32,000 nt of DNA. It comes from an uncultured Candidatus Poseidoniales archaeon. Lineage in GTDB: Archaea > Thermoplasmatota > Poseidoniia > Poseidoniales > Poseidoniaceae. The position numbers and the translations under genes were made by a program. Below are positions 24,665 to 32,000 of the stretch, one piece after another. The notes below the pieces were generated by a model that ran no database searches, was not told the DNA's origin, and saw only the letters and a list, made by a program, of their open reading frames with translations. The stretch covers positions 14,250 to 46,249 of the forward strand of contig CAXAHE010000002.1 in NCBI GenBank assembly GCA_963968475.1. The letters are read 5' to 3'. How positions within the stretch are numbered: the first letter of the stretch is position 1; each line of letters begins with the position of its first letter.

Positions 24665-25669
24665 ATGGTGAAAGCGAGCGCTCCTGGAAAGTGTATTCTT
24701 TTCGGAGAGCATGCTGTCGTTTACGGGCAGCCTGCTGTTGCATGCAGCATCAACCAACGAATGATCGTTGAACTCGAAGAAGAAACTAAATTTGATTCGT
24801 GGCGACTTGATGGAGCAATATTGAATCTCAAAAAGCACCCGCACATACGATTTCTCAGGGATAATTTGTGGTCTGAAGGAGACAATCCACCGCTTAAGAT
24901 TCGAATTCGAGGCACTCTGCCTGCAGCTTCTGGACTGGGGTCTTCAGCAGCACTATCCGTTGCTTTAGTCGCAGCTTTACAACAACTGAGGCAAGAAGAA
25001 CTTAACCCCGAAATGGCAGGCTCATTATCACATCAAGCCGAAGCATTCGCACAAGATGGTAGAGCAAGCCCTATCGATACAACAACAAGTGCACTTGGTG
25101 GATTCATTGTTTTATCAGATTCGATTGAAGAATCTCTTGACCACATCGGAGAGCGTACATTACAGCATCAAGGCGATATTACGACATGGCAATTGCATTC
25201 CTTTGAGGCAAAGATACCCAAGGACACATATCTCGTCATTGGCAATACGGGCATTCGCGGTTCAACCTCAAAACAAGTATCAAAAGTTGCAGCATTACTT
25301 GCAAAAGAACCTAAACGCCAAGTGGAGATTGAAGCCATTGGATCCATCGCCAGAAAAGGCATTGAAGCACTCCGAACAGGAGATATGGAATTGGCCGGTA
25401 AAGCAATGACTGAAAACCACATCATACTTCGCTCACTCGGTGTATCCTCCCCTGAATTAGAAAAACTGATCAAAGCTGCAGCACCATCAAGCCTAGGAGT
25501 GAAATTAACCGGTTCTGGCGGTGGTGGATGTATGATTGCATTAACACAAAATCCAGAAAGAACCGTAGGAGCAATTGAGATGGAAGGTGGAAGAGCATTC
25601 ATATCTCCCTTTAATACTCCTGGCGTTCGTATTGAGACCCTCTCATCACAGGATAATAGCGAACAGTGA
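24665..25669 (+). CDS. mvk: Mevalonate kinase (GHMP kinase)
   Basis: 334 aa. PGKCILFGEHAVVYG, PAASGLGSSAALSVA (GHMP motif II), KLTGSGGGGCMIAL (motif III). Confidence 0.9.
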   Translation: MVKASAPGKCILFGEHAVVYGQPAVACSINQRMIVELEEETKFDSWRLDGAILNLKKHPHIRFLRDNLWSEGDNPPLKIRIRGTLPAASGLGSSAALSVALVAALQQLRQEELNPEMAGSLSHQAEAFAQDGRASPIDTTTSALGGFIVLSDSIEESLDHIGERTLQHQGDITTWQLHSFEAKIPKDTYLVIGNTGIRGSTSKQVSKVAALLAKEPKRQVEIEAIGSIARKGIEALRTGDMELAGKAMTENHIILRSLGVSSPELEKLIKAAAPSSLGVKLTGSGGGGCMIALTQNPERTVGAIEMEGGRAFISPFNTPGVRIETLSSQDNSEQ

Positions 25670-25673
25670 ACTG

Positions 25674-25678
25674 TTTTT
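25674..25678 (+). terminator. Oligo-T tract 5 nt downstream of the mvk stop (archaeal-type termination signal)
   Basis: tga a ctg TTTTT ct: a T5 run directly after the stop at 25667-25669. Archaeal RNA polymerase terminates at oligo-T tracts. Confidence 0.45.
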
Positions 25679-25713
25679 CTAGTCCATAGAATCTATTGCG
25701 GCCGAGCCGTCAG

Positions 25714-25721
25714 TTTATATA
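25714..25721 (+). promoter_or_regulatory. Canonical archaeal TATA box of the tbp gene
   Basis: TTTATATA centred about 27 nt upstream of the tbp ATG (25744), implying a leaderless or near-leaderless mRNA. Confidence 0.7.
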
Positions 25722-25743
25722 CTCCGGGCAGAAGGATTGAGAC

Positions 25744-26358
25744 ATGACCACCGATGAAGAGCGTTTGACAGTAGTCAACGTCGTTGCTAGTACCCGTGTT
25801 GCCGAAGAACTTGACCTCCCTGACATTGCGATTCAACTCAATTGTGAGTATGAGCCTGAGCAATTCCCAGGTGTCGTTTACCGAGTCACAGAACCTAAAC
25901 TAGCAATCCTCATGTTCCGCTCTGGGCGTGCAGTTTGTACTGGTGGAAAGAACGAAGACAATATTCACACAGGTATCGATCGCATGATCAAGGACCTACG
26001 TGCTGCAGGAATTACCACATGGGACGTCGAGGACGTCGAGATTGAAGTTCAAAACATGGTTGCAACCTACGCACTTCACTACCCTGAAGATTATGATGGA
26101 AAGGACAAGTTCACTGGAGCAGACCAAGCCGGAGAACCTCGTAAGTTGAACCTAAACAACCTTACTTTCCACCTTCCATTCGACAAAGTTGAATACGAAC
26201 CAGAGCAATTCCCTGGATTGATTTACCGCCTTGACTATCCAAAGGTTGTTTGCCTTATCTTCGGCAGCGGAAAGATGGTTATCACTGGCGCACGCCACAA
26301 GGATGAGATTCTGGAAGCTGTTGAAATCATTAAGGACGAATTGGCTGACTTGCTCTGA
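25744..26358 (+). CDS. tbp: TATA-box binding protein with an insertion in the second repeat
   Basis: 204 aa with two TBP repeats. Repeat 1: VVNVVASTRVAEELDLPDIAIQLNCEYEPEQFPGVVYRVTEPKLAILMFRSGRAVCTGGK. Repeat 2: VQNMVATY...EYEPEQFPGLIYRLDYPKVVCLIFGSGKMVITGAR. Confidence 0.93.
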   Translation: MTTDEERLTVVNVVASTRVAEELDLPDIAIQLNCEYEPEQFPGVVYRVTEPKLAILMFRSGRAVCTGGKNEDNIHTGIDRMIKDLRAAGITTWDVEDVEIEVQNMVATYALHYPEDYDGKDKFTGADQAGEPRKLNLNNLTFHLPFDKVEYEPEQFPGLIYRLDYPKVVCLIFGSGKMVITGARHKDEILEAVEIIKDELADLL

Positions 26359-26376
26359 AGATGCCATCGCATCTTT
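26357..26376 (+). terminator. Small hairpin overlapping the tbp stop codon, followed by TTTC
   Basis: GAAGATGC catc GCATCTTT: 7 Watson-Crick pairs plus one G-U, with a 4-nt loop. Weak; it may or may not terminate before the next gene. Confidence 0.3.
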
Positions 26377-26403
26377 CATGTGCTTGAACACTCAAGGGCA
26401 TAC

Positions 26404-29400
26404 ATGGGCGAAGCACGTCTGCAAGCAGGCATCCCTCTTCTGCTGGTGCTCCTGCTCTTGGGCATGTCCCAAACATCGTTCACATCCACATGGGTTCTTG
26501 ACGACAGTGAATCAGTCGTAAAACACGCTGGTGGTGACCCAGGAGTCAGTGATGTTCCCACTTGGAGAGTTGGAGATAAATGGGTGTACTCTGGCACATT
26601 TGATCCTTCAATTCTCATTACCGATACAGGTGTCTCAGCGAATGTCGGTGAAATCAACGGGGACTCGACTGCAGAAGTGACTGAAATCCTTGAACTGCAA
26701 GTTGATAACGGCTCAGAGTGGGTCTACAAACTACGAATGACTGCAGATTTCGACAAGAGTGGCGTTGAACTCGAGGGATACACAGGAAATGCAGAGATTC
26801 AATTCACGCAAACAGAATATCTCCGAGTCAGCGATTTCGCCTCACTTCGAAACGACTTGGACTTGGACATCAAATTCGTCCCGTACGGAATCGGGTCCCT
26901 AACTCAACTTTTGGGAGACATAACAATCACCAACTTATACAGCCCTGGTGCTGAAACCTATGACTTCCCAATACGAGACGGAGAGCGTTGGACGGTATTG
27001 ACGACTGCATCTGCCACATGGTCTGGCCAAAGCGATTACATCACACCATTTCCCCCTCCAGTGAGCGATACAAATACAACCACGTGGGAAGTGACAAAGG
27101 TTGGTCAGCCGCGAAATACGTTTGGTTCAGGAATCGCATACAGTGGATGTGATTCTTCCTACGAACTCACCTCGTGGAATTCCGATGGTGTATCCACAGG
27201 TTATCGATGGTATTGCCCTGCTGTCAACAACTTCGCATGGAGACATTCCGAAGAAGACGTTGGACTGACAATCGATTTCAGATTAAAACAATATATGCCA
27301 GTTGGAGCAACTGGTTCTGAAAGCAACAGCGATCCAGGTACAAGATCAGAATGCATTGATGTCCAGCCAGAGCGAACACTTACTGCCTTAGACACACCCC
27401 TCGATGTTTGGGTTTCTCTCGATCCAAGTTGTTTTGGTTCGATCAGTGGAGTAAATGTTGAACTCGATTATACCGATACTGAAACCAGTTTGGTAACTGG
27501 CTCCAATGGCTCAGGTATGGCCTCAATCAACGTTGGTAATGCTCTCGATTATTCCTCCACAAATACGGATTGGGCGAGTCATGGCATTGTCGCTAAAGCA
27601 GGAAATTATGTTGGCTCCACGACCATCACATTAGATGAATATCTCGTAGGATTAGACCTCATTGCAGATGAGGAACGTGCGGTCATCATCCGTAATCGGA
27701 GCGGTGAATTGAGTACTGTTAGTTCCCTCTCTGGATACAATGTGCTCCCAGGTGACGAACTTACTGTTGAAGTCGCTGTTGTAAACAAAGGAATCACTGC
27801 TTCGAGTCCAACTCAAATGCGGATTTATCATCCAGATGGTTCAACCTTTGATCTTGGGCTGCCGAGTCTTGGTACATACGAATCACACAAAGTCGACTTC
27901 ACATGGATTGTTCCCCTCGACAAGAGCGTTGGCGATGTTCCAATACGATGGGAGGCAGACCCTATGCAAGTGAACTCCGCAGATGCTAATTCAGATAACG
28001 ATCTAGCCGAAATCACTCTCTTTGTAGGACGTCTCCCCACCGCATTGGCAGAACCGATTGAAGAATTCACCAATGTTCAGACGATCATCAATGCAAGTGG
28101 AAGTTTTGATGAAGATGGAGGCGATGTATCTTGCTTATTCAACATCCCATATGATGATGGAACTCGTACATACTCGTACATGAAAGTGGAATCCATAGAT
28201 TGTATGCTCAACTTTACTTGGACTGACGATGGAATGTATCCAATTGAAATTACTGTTACCGATGAAGAACAGGATCAAGCCGTTACAACATTGAACGTAA
28301 CCATTCTCAACAGAGCACCAAACATCGATGTTGTAAGTGCTCGAACAGAAGTGAAGGTCGAACATCCAGTCACCCTCTATGCTTATGCAAATGATACTGA
28401 TTCTGAGGATGTTTATCCTGGTGTCGTGGATGTCTATTGGCCTAATGCTGAATGTGAAGAAGGGTATTACACGCGTGTATGTACCACGACAGCACCTACT
28501 GAAGGCTGGCACACGTTCCTTGCAGTCGGTGTGGATGATGATAGCGCTATGACATCTGCAAGCATTGACATTCGATTTACGAATATCAATCCGCATGGCC
28601 TCTCCGTTACAGTGAGTGAAGATGGAGCACCTATTGCTATGGACGTCCAACAAACGTGGCATGTCGAAGAAGATCAACTGGTACGTGTCCGAGGACAAGC
28701 TCTCGATTCGGTTGATGATTTGGAGGGACTCACTCACCGATGGTGGCCAGATGATGCTCAACCGAATCTCATCAAGACCTTTGACGGACGTATTTCTGAA
28801 TATGACATGGTATGGGAAACGTCTGGATTACATCGTATGCGCTTGGAGGTCAGTGACTCTGAAGGAGCGAGCAGTGGAACCTACGAACGTTGGGTGAATG
28901 TCGCTAACATCGCACCTATCGTCATGCCACTGCAAGAGGTGTTACCAATTGCTGAGGGTGAAGAAATTCGATTAACAGGGAATGCAACTGACACACCCTC
29001 TGATTACGATTCACTAGTACGATGCTGGGACATAGATCCAGGTATTGACTCTAATGACGTAGGTGGTGCTGATGATGATTGTGACATTCGAGGAGATGAT
29101 TTGATTTGGCATTGGAATACGAGCGGCATGCATACAGTCATCTATCACGTAACAGATGATGATGGGGTTCGAGTAAGTGAAATCATCACAGTCGAGGTGT
29201 TGAATATACCTCCAATTGTGCGTTACAAAACTATTGATTGCCTCGCCTATGAAACATGTATCCTTGATGCTACAAGCACCATCGACTCTGCAAATGATCT
29301 CGACCAACTTACCATCATTTGGGATTTTGACACATCAACAGACTCCAACGGCGATGGCATCAAGGATAATGATGCAGATGCAGTTGGAAAGCGTGTTGAA

Positions 29401-29913
29401 CATATGTTCAAAGAAACAGGTTCGACAACGATACGGGTTATCGCTTGGGACGAGAATCCTGAACGACCTGGTTCGAAAATCATCAACATCGATATCGGGC
29501 CACCAGACAGAACATTCACAGAAGACCTCGGCGCACTTATGGTTGGAGAAGAAGCAAACCCACTTGCTCAACTCTCCTTGCTGTTGGTTCTTCTTTTAGG
29601 ACTTGGATACATGACAAGACAACGTCGAAAAGGCGGTCAAGAGCGAGCCTTAGAACGTCTTGATGAACGACAAAACGCAATCTTTAGCGATGAAGAGGTC
29701 GGGCTTATGCCTCACGAAGTTTCCGCACGCAGAAATAGACCGCATGACCCTCCTGTGAACAATGCCTTCAACGGATCGATGGAAACTCATCCAGCAAATC
29801 AATCAGGCCCTCCAATACCTGCTTCTGGCCTTCCAGAGGGGTGGACAACTGAACAATGGGAACACTATGGCCAACAATGGTTAGAATCTCAATCTGAAGT
29901 CTCAGGCGCTTAA
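26404..29913 (+). CDS. Giant (about 1169 aa) surface protein: signal/anchor, unassigned N-terminal module, CARDB-like and several PKD-like modules, C-terminal TM helix, about 100-aa cytoplasmic tail
   Basis: The track ORF starts at a GTG (26380). The ATG at 26404 gives MGEARLQAGIPLLLVLLLLGMSQTSFTS. CARDB-like LTVEVAVVNKGITASS...ADPMQVNSADANSDNDLAEITLFVG. PKD-like INASGSFDEDGGDVSC...VTDEEQDQAVTTLNVTILNRAP and further repeats. TM helix PLAQLSLLLVLLLGLGYM (29560-29613), then TRQRRKGG. Confidence 0.88.
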   Translation: MGEARLQAGIPLLLVLLLLGMSQTSFTSTWVLDDSESVVKHAGGDPGVSDVPTWRVGDKWVYSGTFDPSILITDTGVSANVGEINGDSTAEVTEILELQVDNGSEWVYKLRMTADFDKSGVELEGYTGNAEIQFTQTEYLRVSDFASLRNDLDLDIKFVPYGIGSLTQLLGDITITNLYSPGAETYDFPIRDGERWTVLTTASATWSGQSDYITPFPPPVSDTNTTTWEVTKVGQPRNTFGSGIAYSGCDSSYELTSWNSDGVSTGYRWYCPAVNNFAWRHSEEDVGLTIDFRLKQYMPVGATGSESNSDPGTRSECIDVQPERTLTALDTPLDVWVSLDPSCFGSISGVNVELDYTDTETSLVTGSNGSGMASINVGNALDYSSTNTDWASHGIVAKAGNYVGSTTITLDEYLVGLDLIADEERAVIIRNRSGELSTVSSLSGYNVLPGDELTVEVAVVNKGITASSPTQMRIYHPDGSTFDLGLPSLGTYESHKVDFTWIVPLDKSVGDVPIRWEADPMQVNSADANSDNDLAEITLFVGRLPTALAEPIEEFTNVQTIINASGSFDEDGGDVSCLFNIPYDDGTRTYSYMKVESIDCMLNFTWTDDGMYPIEITVTDEEQDQAVTTLNVTILNRAPNIDVVSARTEVKVEHPVTLYAYANDTDSEDVYPGVVDVYWPNAECEEGYYTRVCTTTAPTEGWHTFLAVGVDDDSAMTSASIDIRFTNINPHGLSVTVSEDGAPIAMDVQQTWHVEEDQLVRVRGQALDSVDDLEGLTHRWWPDDAQPNLIKTFDGRISEYDMVWETSGLHRMRLEVSDSEGASSGTYERWVNVANIAPIVMPLQEVLPIAEGEEIRLTGNATDTPSDYDSLVRCWDIDPGIDSNDVGGADDDCDIRGDDLIWHWNTSGMHTVIYHVTDDDGVRVSEIITVEVLNIPPIVRYKTIDCLAYETCILDATSTIDSANDLDQLTIIWDFDTSTDSNGDGIKDNDADAVGKRVEHMFKETGSTTIRVIAWDENPERPGSKIINIDIGPPDRTFTEDLGALMVGEEANPLAQLSLLLVLLLGLGYMTRQRRKGGQERALERLDERQNAIFSDEEVGLMPHEVSARRNRPHDPPVNNAFNGSMETHPANQSGPPIPASGLPEGWTTEQWEHYGQQWLESQSEVSGA

Positions 29914-29957
29914 CCTCAATGAGTATAGCCTAAGTACGAGGAAGTACACATCTAAGC

Positions 29958-32000
29958 ATGGCGAACCGAGCAACCGCAGTCTTTGTCTTGTTCATGTTGA
30001 TGACCACGTCTATGATGGCGTTATCGAAAGATGCATTCATACTCGAAGACGAAGAACTCATCGAATCCTCATCGAAATCGACAACAACTGCAGAAATTGC
30101 AAGCTGGCGTATTGGAGACAAATGGACCTATGAAACCCAATTCGATGTCGCACAACTCATTGCACAGGCAAATGTTTCGGCAAGCCTTAACACCTTAACA
30201 GGGGATACTGTTTACGAAGTGGAAGATATCTTTTTCATCACCATTGATGGTGTTCAAACATTGGCATACAAACTGAAAATCGATGGCGATTTTAGTTCAG
30301 GGAACGGCGGCGCTACTCTTGAAGGTGTCAGTGGACGCCTTGATATTGGTTATAGTGGAGAGGATATCATCCGTGTTCGAGACCAAGCAGTCATCAATTC
30401 GGAATTCGAACTTGATGTCAAATTTGCTCCTTTCAATTTAGGATTCTTGACTCAAAACATTGCAGTGATTAATTTCGACACCTATTATGACCCACCAAAG
30501 GAGAGATACGATTTCCCTCTTCGAACAGGCGATCAATGGTATATGCCCTTCATGTCAGGAACAAGCGTCAGTGGAAGTTCTGATTATTTCGATCCATCTG
30601 AATTTGATACCAACGGTGCTGAAAACAATTCGTGGCAGGTCACAACAGATGGCATTCCAACCGAAGATGGCAAGACTATCAAATACGAAGGATGTGATGA
30701 TTCTTACAAGGTAAACGAATGGAATGCGACTGGTGTTAGTGCAGGTTTCAATTGGTATTGCCCTGCTGTACGCTTTAATTCTTGGATTCGCATTTCAAAT
30801 GCAGCAGGATTTACTATCGATTGGTTGCTTAAGGATTACGAACCTGTCGATTCATTTGGTGTGGACAAGAGAAAAACTCCTGGCGATCGAAACGTGGACA
30901 TCGAAGTAACAACTCAATTTGTAGCCACATTACCTGACTCGATGTCCGGCATCTATGCAAGCTATGCAGTAGCTCCAAACAACACTCCAGAAGTAAATAA
31001 AAATCTTCAATTACGTTATGAGATGGCTGGAACCTTACTTAATCCAATAACGGATAGTAATGGTGAAATCGTGGAAAGCATCAACGTATCAAACGTTCAA
31101 GATGATACCACTGCAAGCGATGATTATTCCAGCAATGGAGTCATTGTATGGGACCCAGTTCAGGAAATTATTGGTGTTGCTACAATTGTCATCGATCTAA
31201 ACGTTGTAGGCATTGACTTGGTTGCCCAAGAAGACTCCATTATCGTTACAAGAACTCGAGATGGTGAAGTTGCAACATTATCAAAATCAATTGGATACAA
31301 TGCACTTCCTGGCGATTTGTTGTCCTTCTCTCTACCAGCACAAAATCGTGGTGTTTTGACTTCACCAACGACAGAGATGGAAGTCATTGTTCCAGGTGGA
31401 GAAACAATTCGACAAGCCGTCCCTGCTATAGGAGCATACAGCGAACAGCGAATCGACGTCGATTGGACTGTTCCTGAAGGAGCCACTATCGGAAGTCAAA
31501 GTCTTACATTCACCGTAGACCCTGACCAATTGGTAGCTGGTGATGCCAACAGAAGCAACAACCAAGCCAGTGTTGATATTTTCATCGGCCGTACTCCGAA
31601 TGGAGCAATTAGTATTGAATCAGGAAAGTATTCCTTTGAAGATGTCTTTATTGATGCAACTGGTTCGTTTGATCCTGATGGCGGAGATGTTGAATGCCGA
31701 TTTGAAATCGAATCTCGAGCAGGCCTTATCGACATCATTACTACTCCCGATTGCGCAATGACTTGGAATTGGACTGATGGTGGTGTTTGGGAACTTACAA
31801 CCATTGTTACAGATGATGAATTAGATTCCACTACCCTCGTCAATTACGTGACAGTTCTAAATCGAGCACCGTACATGAACCTCACACATCCTACTGAGAT
31901 TCCTGTAGAAACACAAATCACAATCGATGCAACTGATAGCGGCGACATTGACACAATATCTCCATCCGGACAACAGGTTTCCATTTCATGGCCAGATCTT
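29958..32000 (+). CDS. Partial (3'-truncated by window edge) giant surface protein, tandem paralogue of 26404-29913
   Basis: Not in the supplied ORF track. Translated by hand from the ATG at 29958, with an in-frame TAA at 29931-29933 upstream. All 681 codons to 32000 are open. N-terminus MANRATAVFVLFMLMTTSMMALS. Collinear motif matches to the upstream protein: WRIGDKWTY, YDFPLRTGDQW, WYCPAV, a CARDB-like and PKD-like modules. Confidence 0.88.
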   Translation, partial: MANRATAVFVLFMLMTTSMMALSKDAFILEDEELIESSSKSTTTAEIASWRIGDKWTYETQFDVAQLIAQANVSASLNTLTGDTVYEVEDIFFITIDGVQTLAYKLKIDGDFSSGNGGATLEGVSGRLDIGYSGEDIIRVRDQAVINSEFELDVKFAPFNLGFLTQNIAVINFDTYYDPPKERYDFPLRTGDQWYMPFMSGTSVSGSSDYFDPSEFDTNGAENNSWQVTTDGIPTEDGKTIKYEGCDDSYKVNEWNATGVSAGFNWYCPAVRFNSWIRISNAAGFTIDWLLKDYEPVDSFGVDKRKTPGDRNVDIEVTTQFVATLPDSMSGIYASYAVAPNNTPEVNKNLQLRYEMAGTLLNPITDSNGEIVESINVSNVQDDTTASDDYSSNGVIVWDPVQEIIGVATIVIDLNVVGIDLVAQEDSIIVTRTRDGEVATLSKSIGYNALPGDLLSFSLPAQNRGVLTSPTTEMEVIVPGGETIRQAVPAIGAYSEQRIDVDWTVPEGATIGSQSLTFTVDPDQLVAGDANRSNNQASVDIFIGRTPNGAISIESGKYSFEDVFIDATGSFDPDGGDVECRFEIESRAGLIDIITTPDCAMTWNWTDGGVWELTTIVTDDELDSTTLVNYVTVLNRAPYMNLTHPTEIPVETQITIDATDSGDIDTISPSGQQVSISWPDL

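Noticed and set aside
26380-26403. GTG start for the 1177-aa ORF
   Set aside because: The ATG at 26404 lies directly before the hydrophobic signal segment. The 8 extra codons add nothing recognisable. The choice remains uncertain.
28135-28761. 208-aa minus-strand ORF inside the PKD-rich gene
   Set aside because: This is an antisense shadow of an Asp/Glu/Thr-rich coding region. Its product is Ile/Cys/Phe/Arg-rich and low-complexity with no motifs. The same reasoning applies to the other long antisense ORFs: 2059-2445, 4426-4941, 5590-6108, 9702-10070, 14067-14459, 18876-19316, 19555-19908, 22829-23230 and 25168-25602.
29922-29929. AGTATAGC as a TATA box for the last surface-protein gene
   Set aside because: It is a poor match to the TTTAWATA consensus. 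It sits about 32 nt from the ATG, which is plausible but not convincing. The gene may be co-transcribed with its upstream paralogue.
1-32000. Search for tRNA/rRNA genes, CRISPR arrays, integrases/transposases, toxin-antitoxin or defence-system genes
   Set aside because: No intergenic gap exceeds about 97 bp. None of the gaps has tRNA-like T-arm or acceptor features. No ORF has recombinase, Cas, nuclease-NTPase or toxin-like motifs. The MutS-like ATPase looks like a chromosomal repair-family gene, not a defence module.

Overview
Dense archaeal chromosomal window, about 98% coding by my gene calls. It holds 17 protein genes and no rRNA, tRNA, CRISPR array, transposase or integrase. Archaeal origin is supported by a TATA-binding protein gene behind a canonical TTTATATA box, a mevalonate kinase, archaeal-type aaRS genes and apparently leaderless starts. 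A marine planktonic Thermoplasmatota (MGII/III-like) host is only my guess. Housekeeping genes (nadE, ileS, cysS, thioredoxin, mutY, mvk, tbp, a MutS-family ATPase, a membrane Fe-S oxidoreductase) are interleaved with exported or surface-anchored proteins. These cover about 51% of the window: three giant adhesin-like proteins, an LTD-amidohydrolase, an S15 peptidase lipoprotein and an Asp-box lipoprotein. The supplied ORF track omits a 681-codon ORF (29958 to the window edge). I translated it by hand; it is a tandem paralogue of the 26404-29913 surface protein. I do not see a coherent multi-gene novel system such as a defence island or mobile element. The most unusual signals are: (i) Trp-rich motifs and a Pro-rich motif in the predicted cytoplasmic tails of the surface proteins; (ii) a 23-aa insertion in the second repeat of TBP; (iii) a Frag1/DRAM-like 6-TM protein; (iv) convergent genes that abut with identical TAATCA stop-stop junctions or overlap by 63 bp; (v) mutY with an obligatory TTG start overlapping (TTGA) the stop of a DsrMK-like Fe-S protein. 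All family assignments come from motif recognition by eye, not from searches.
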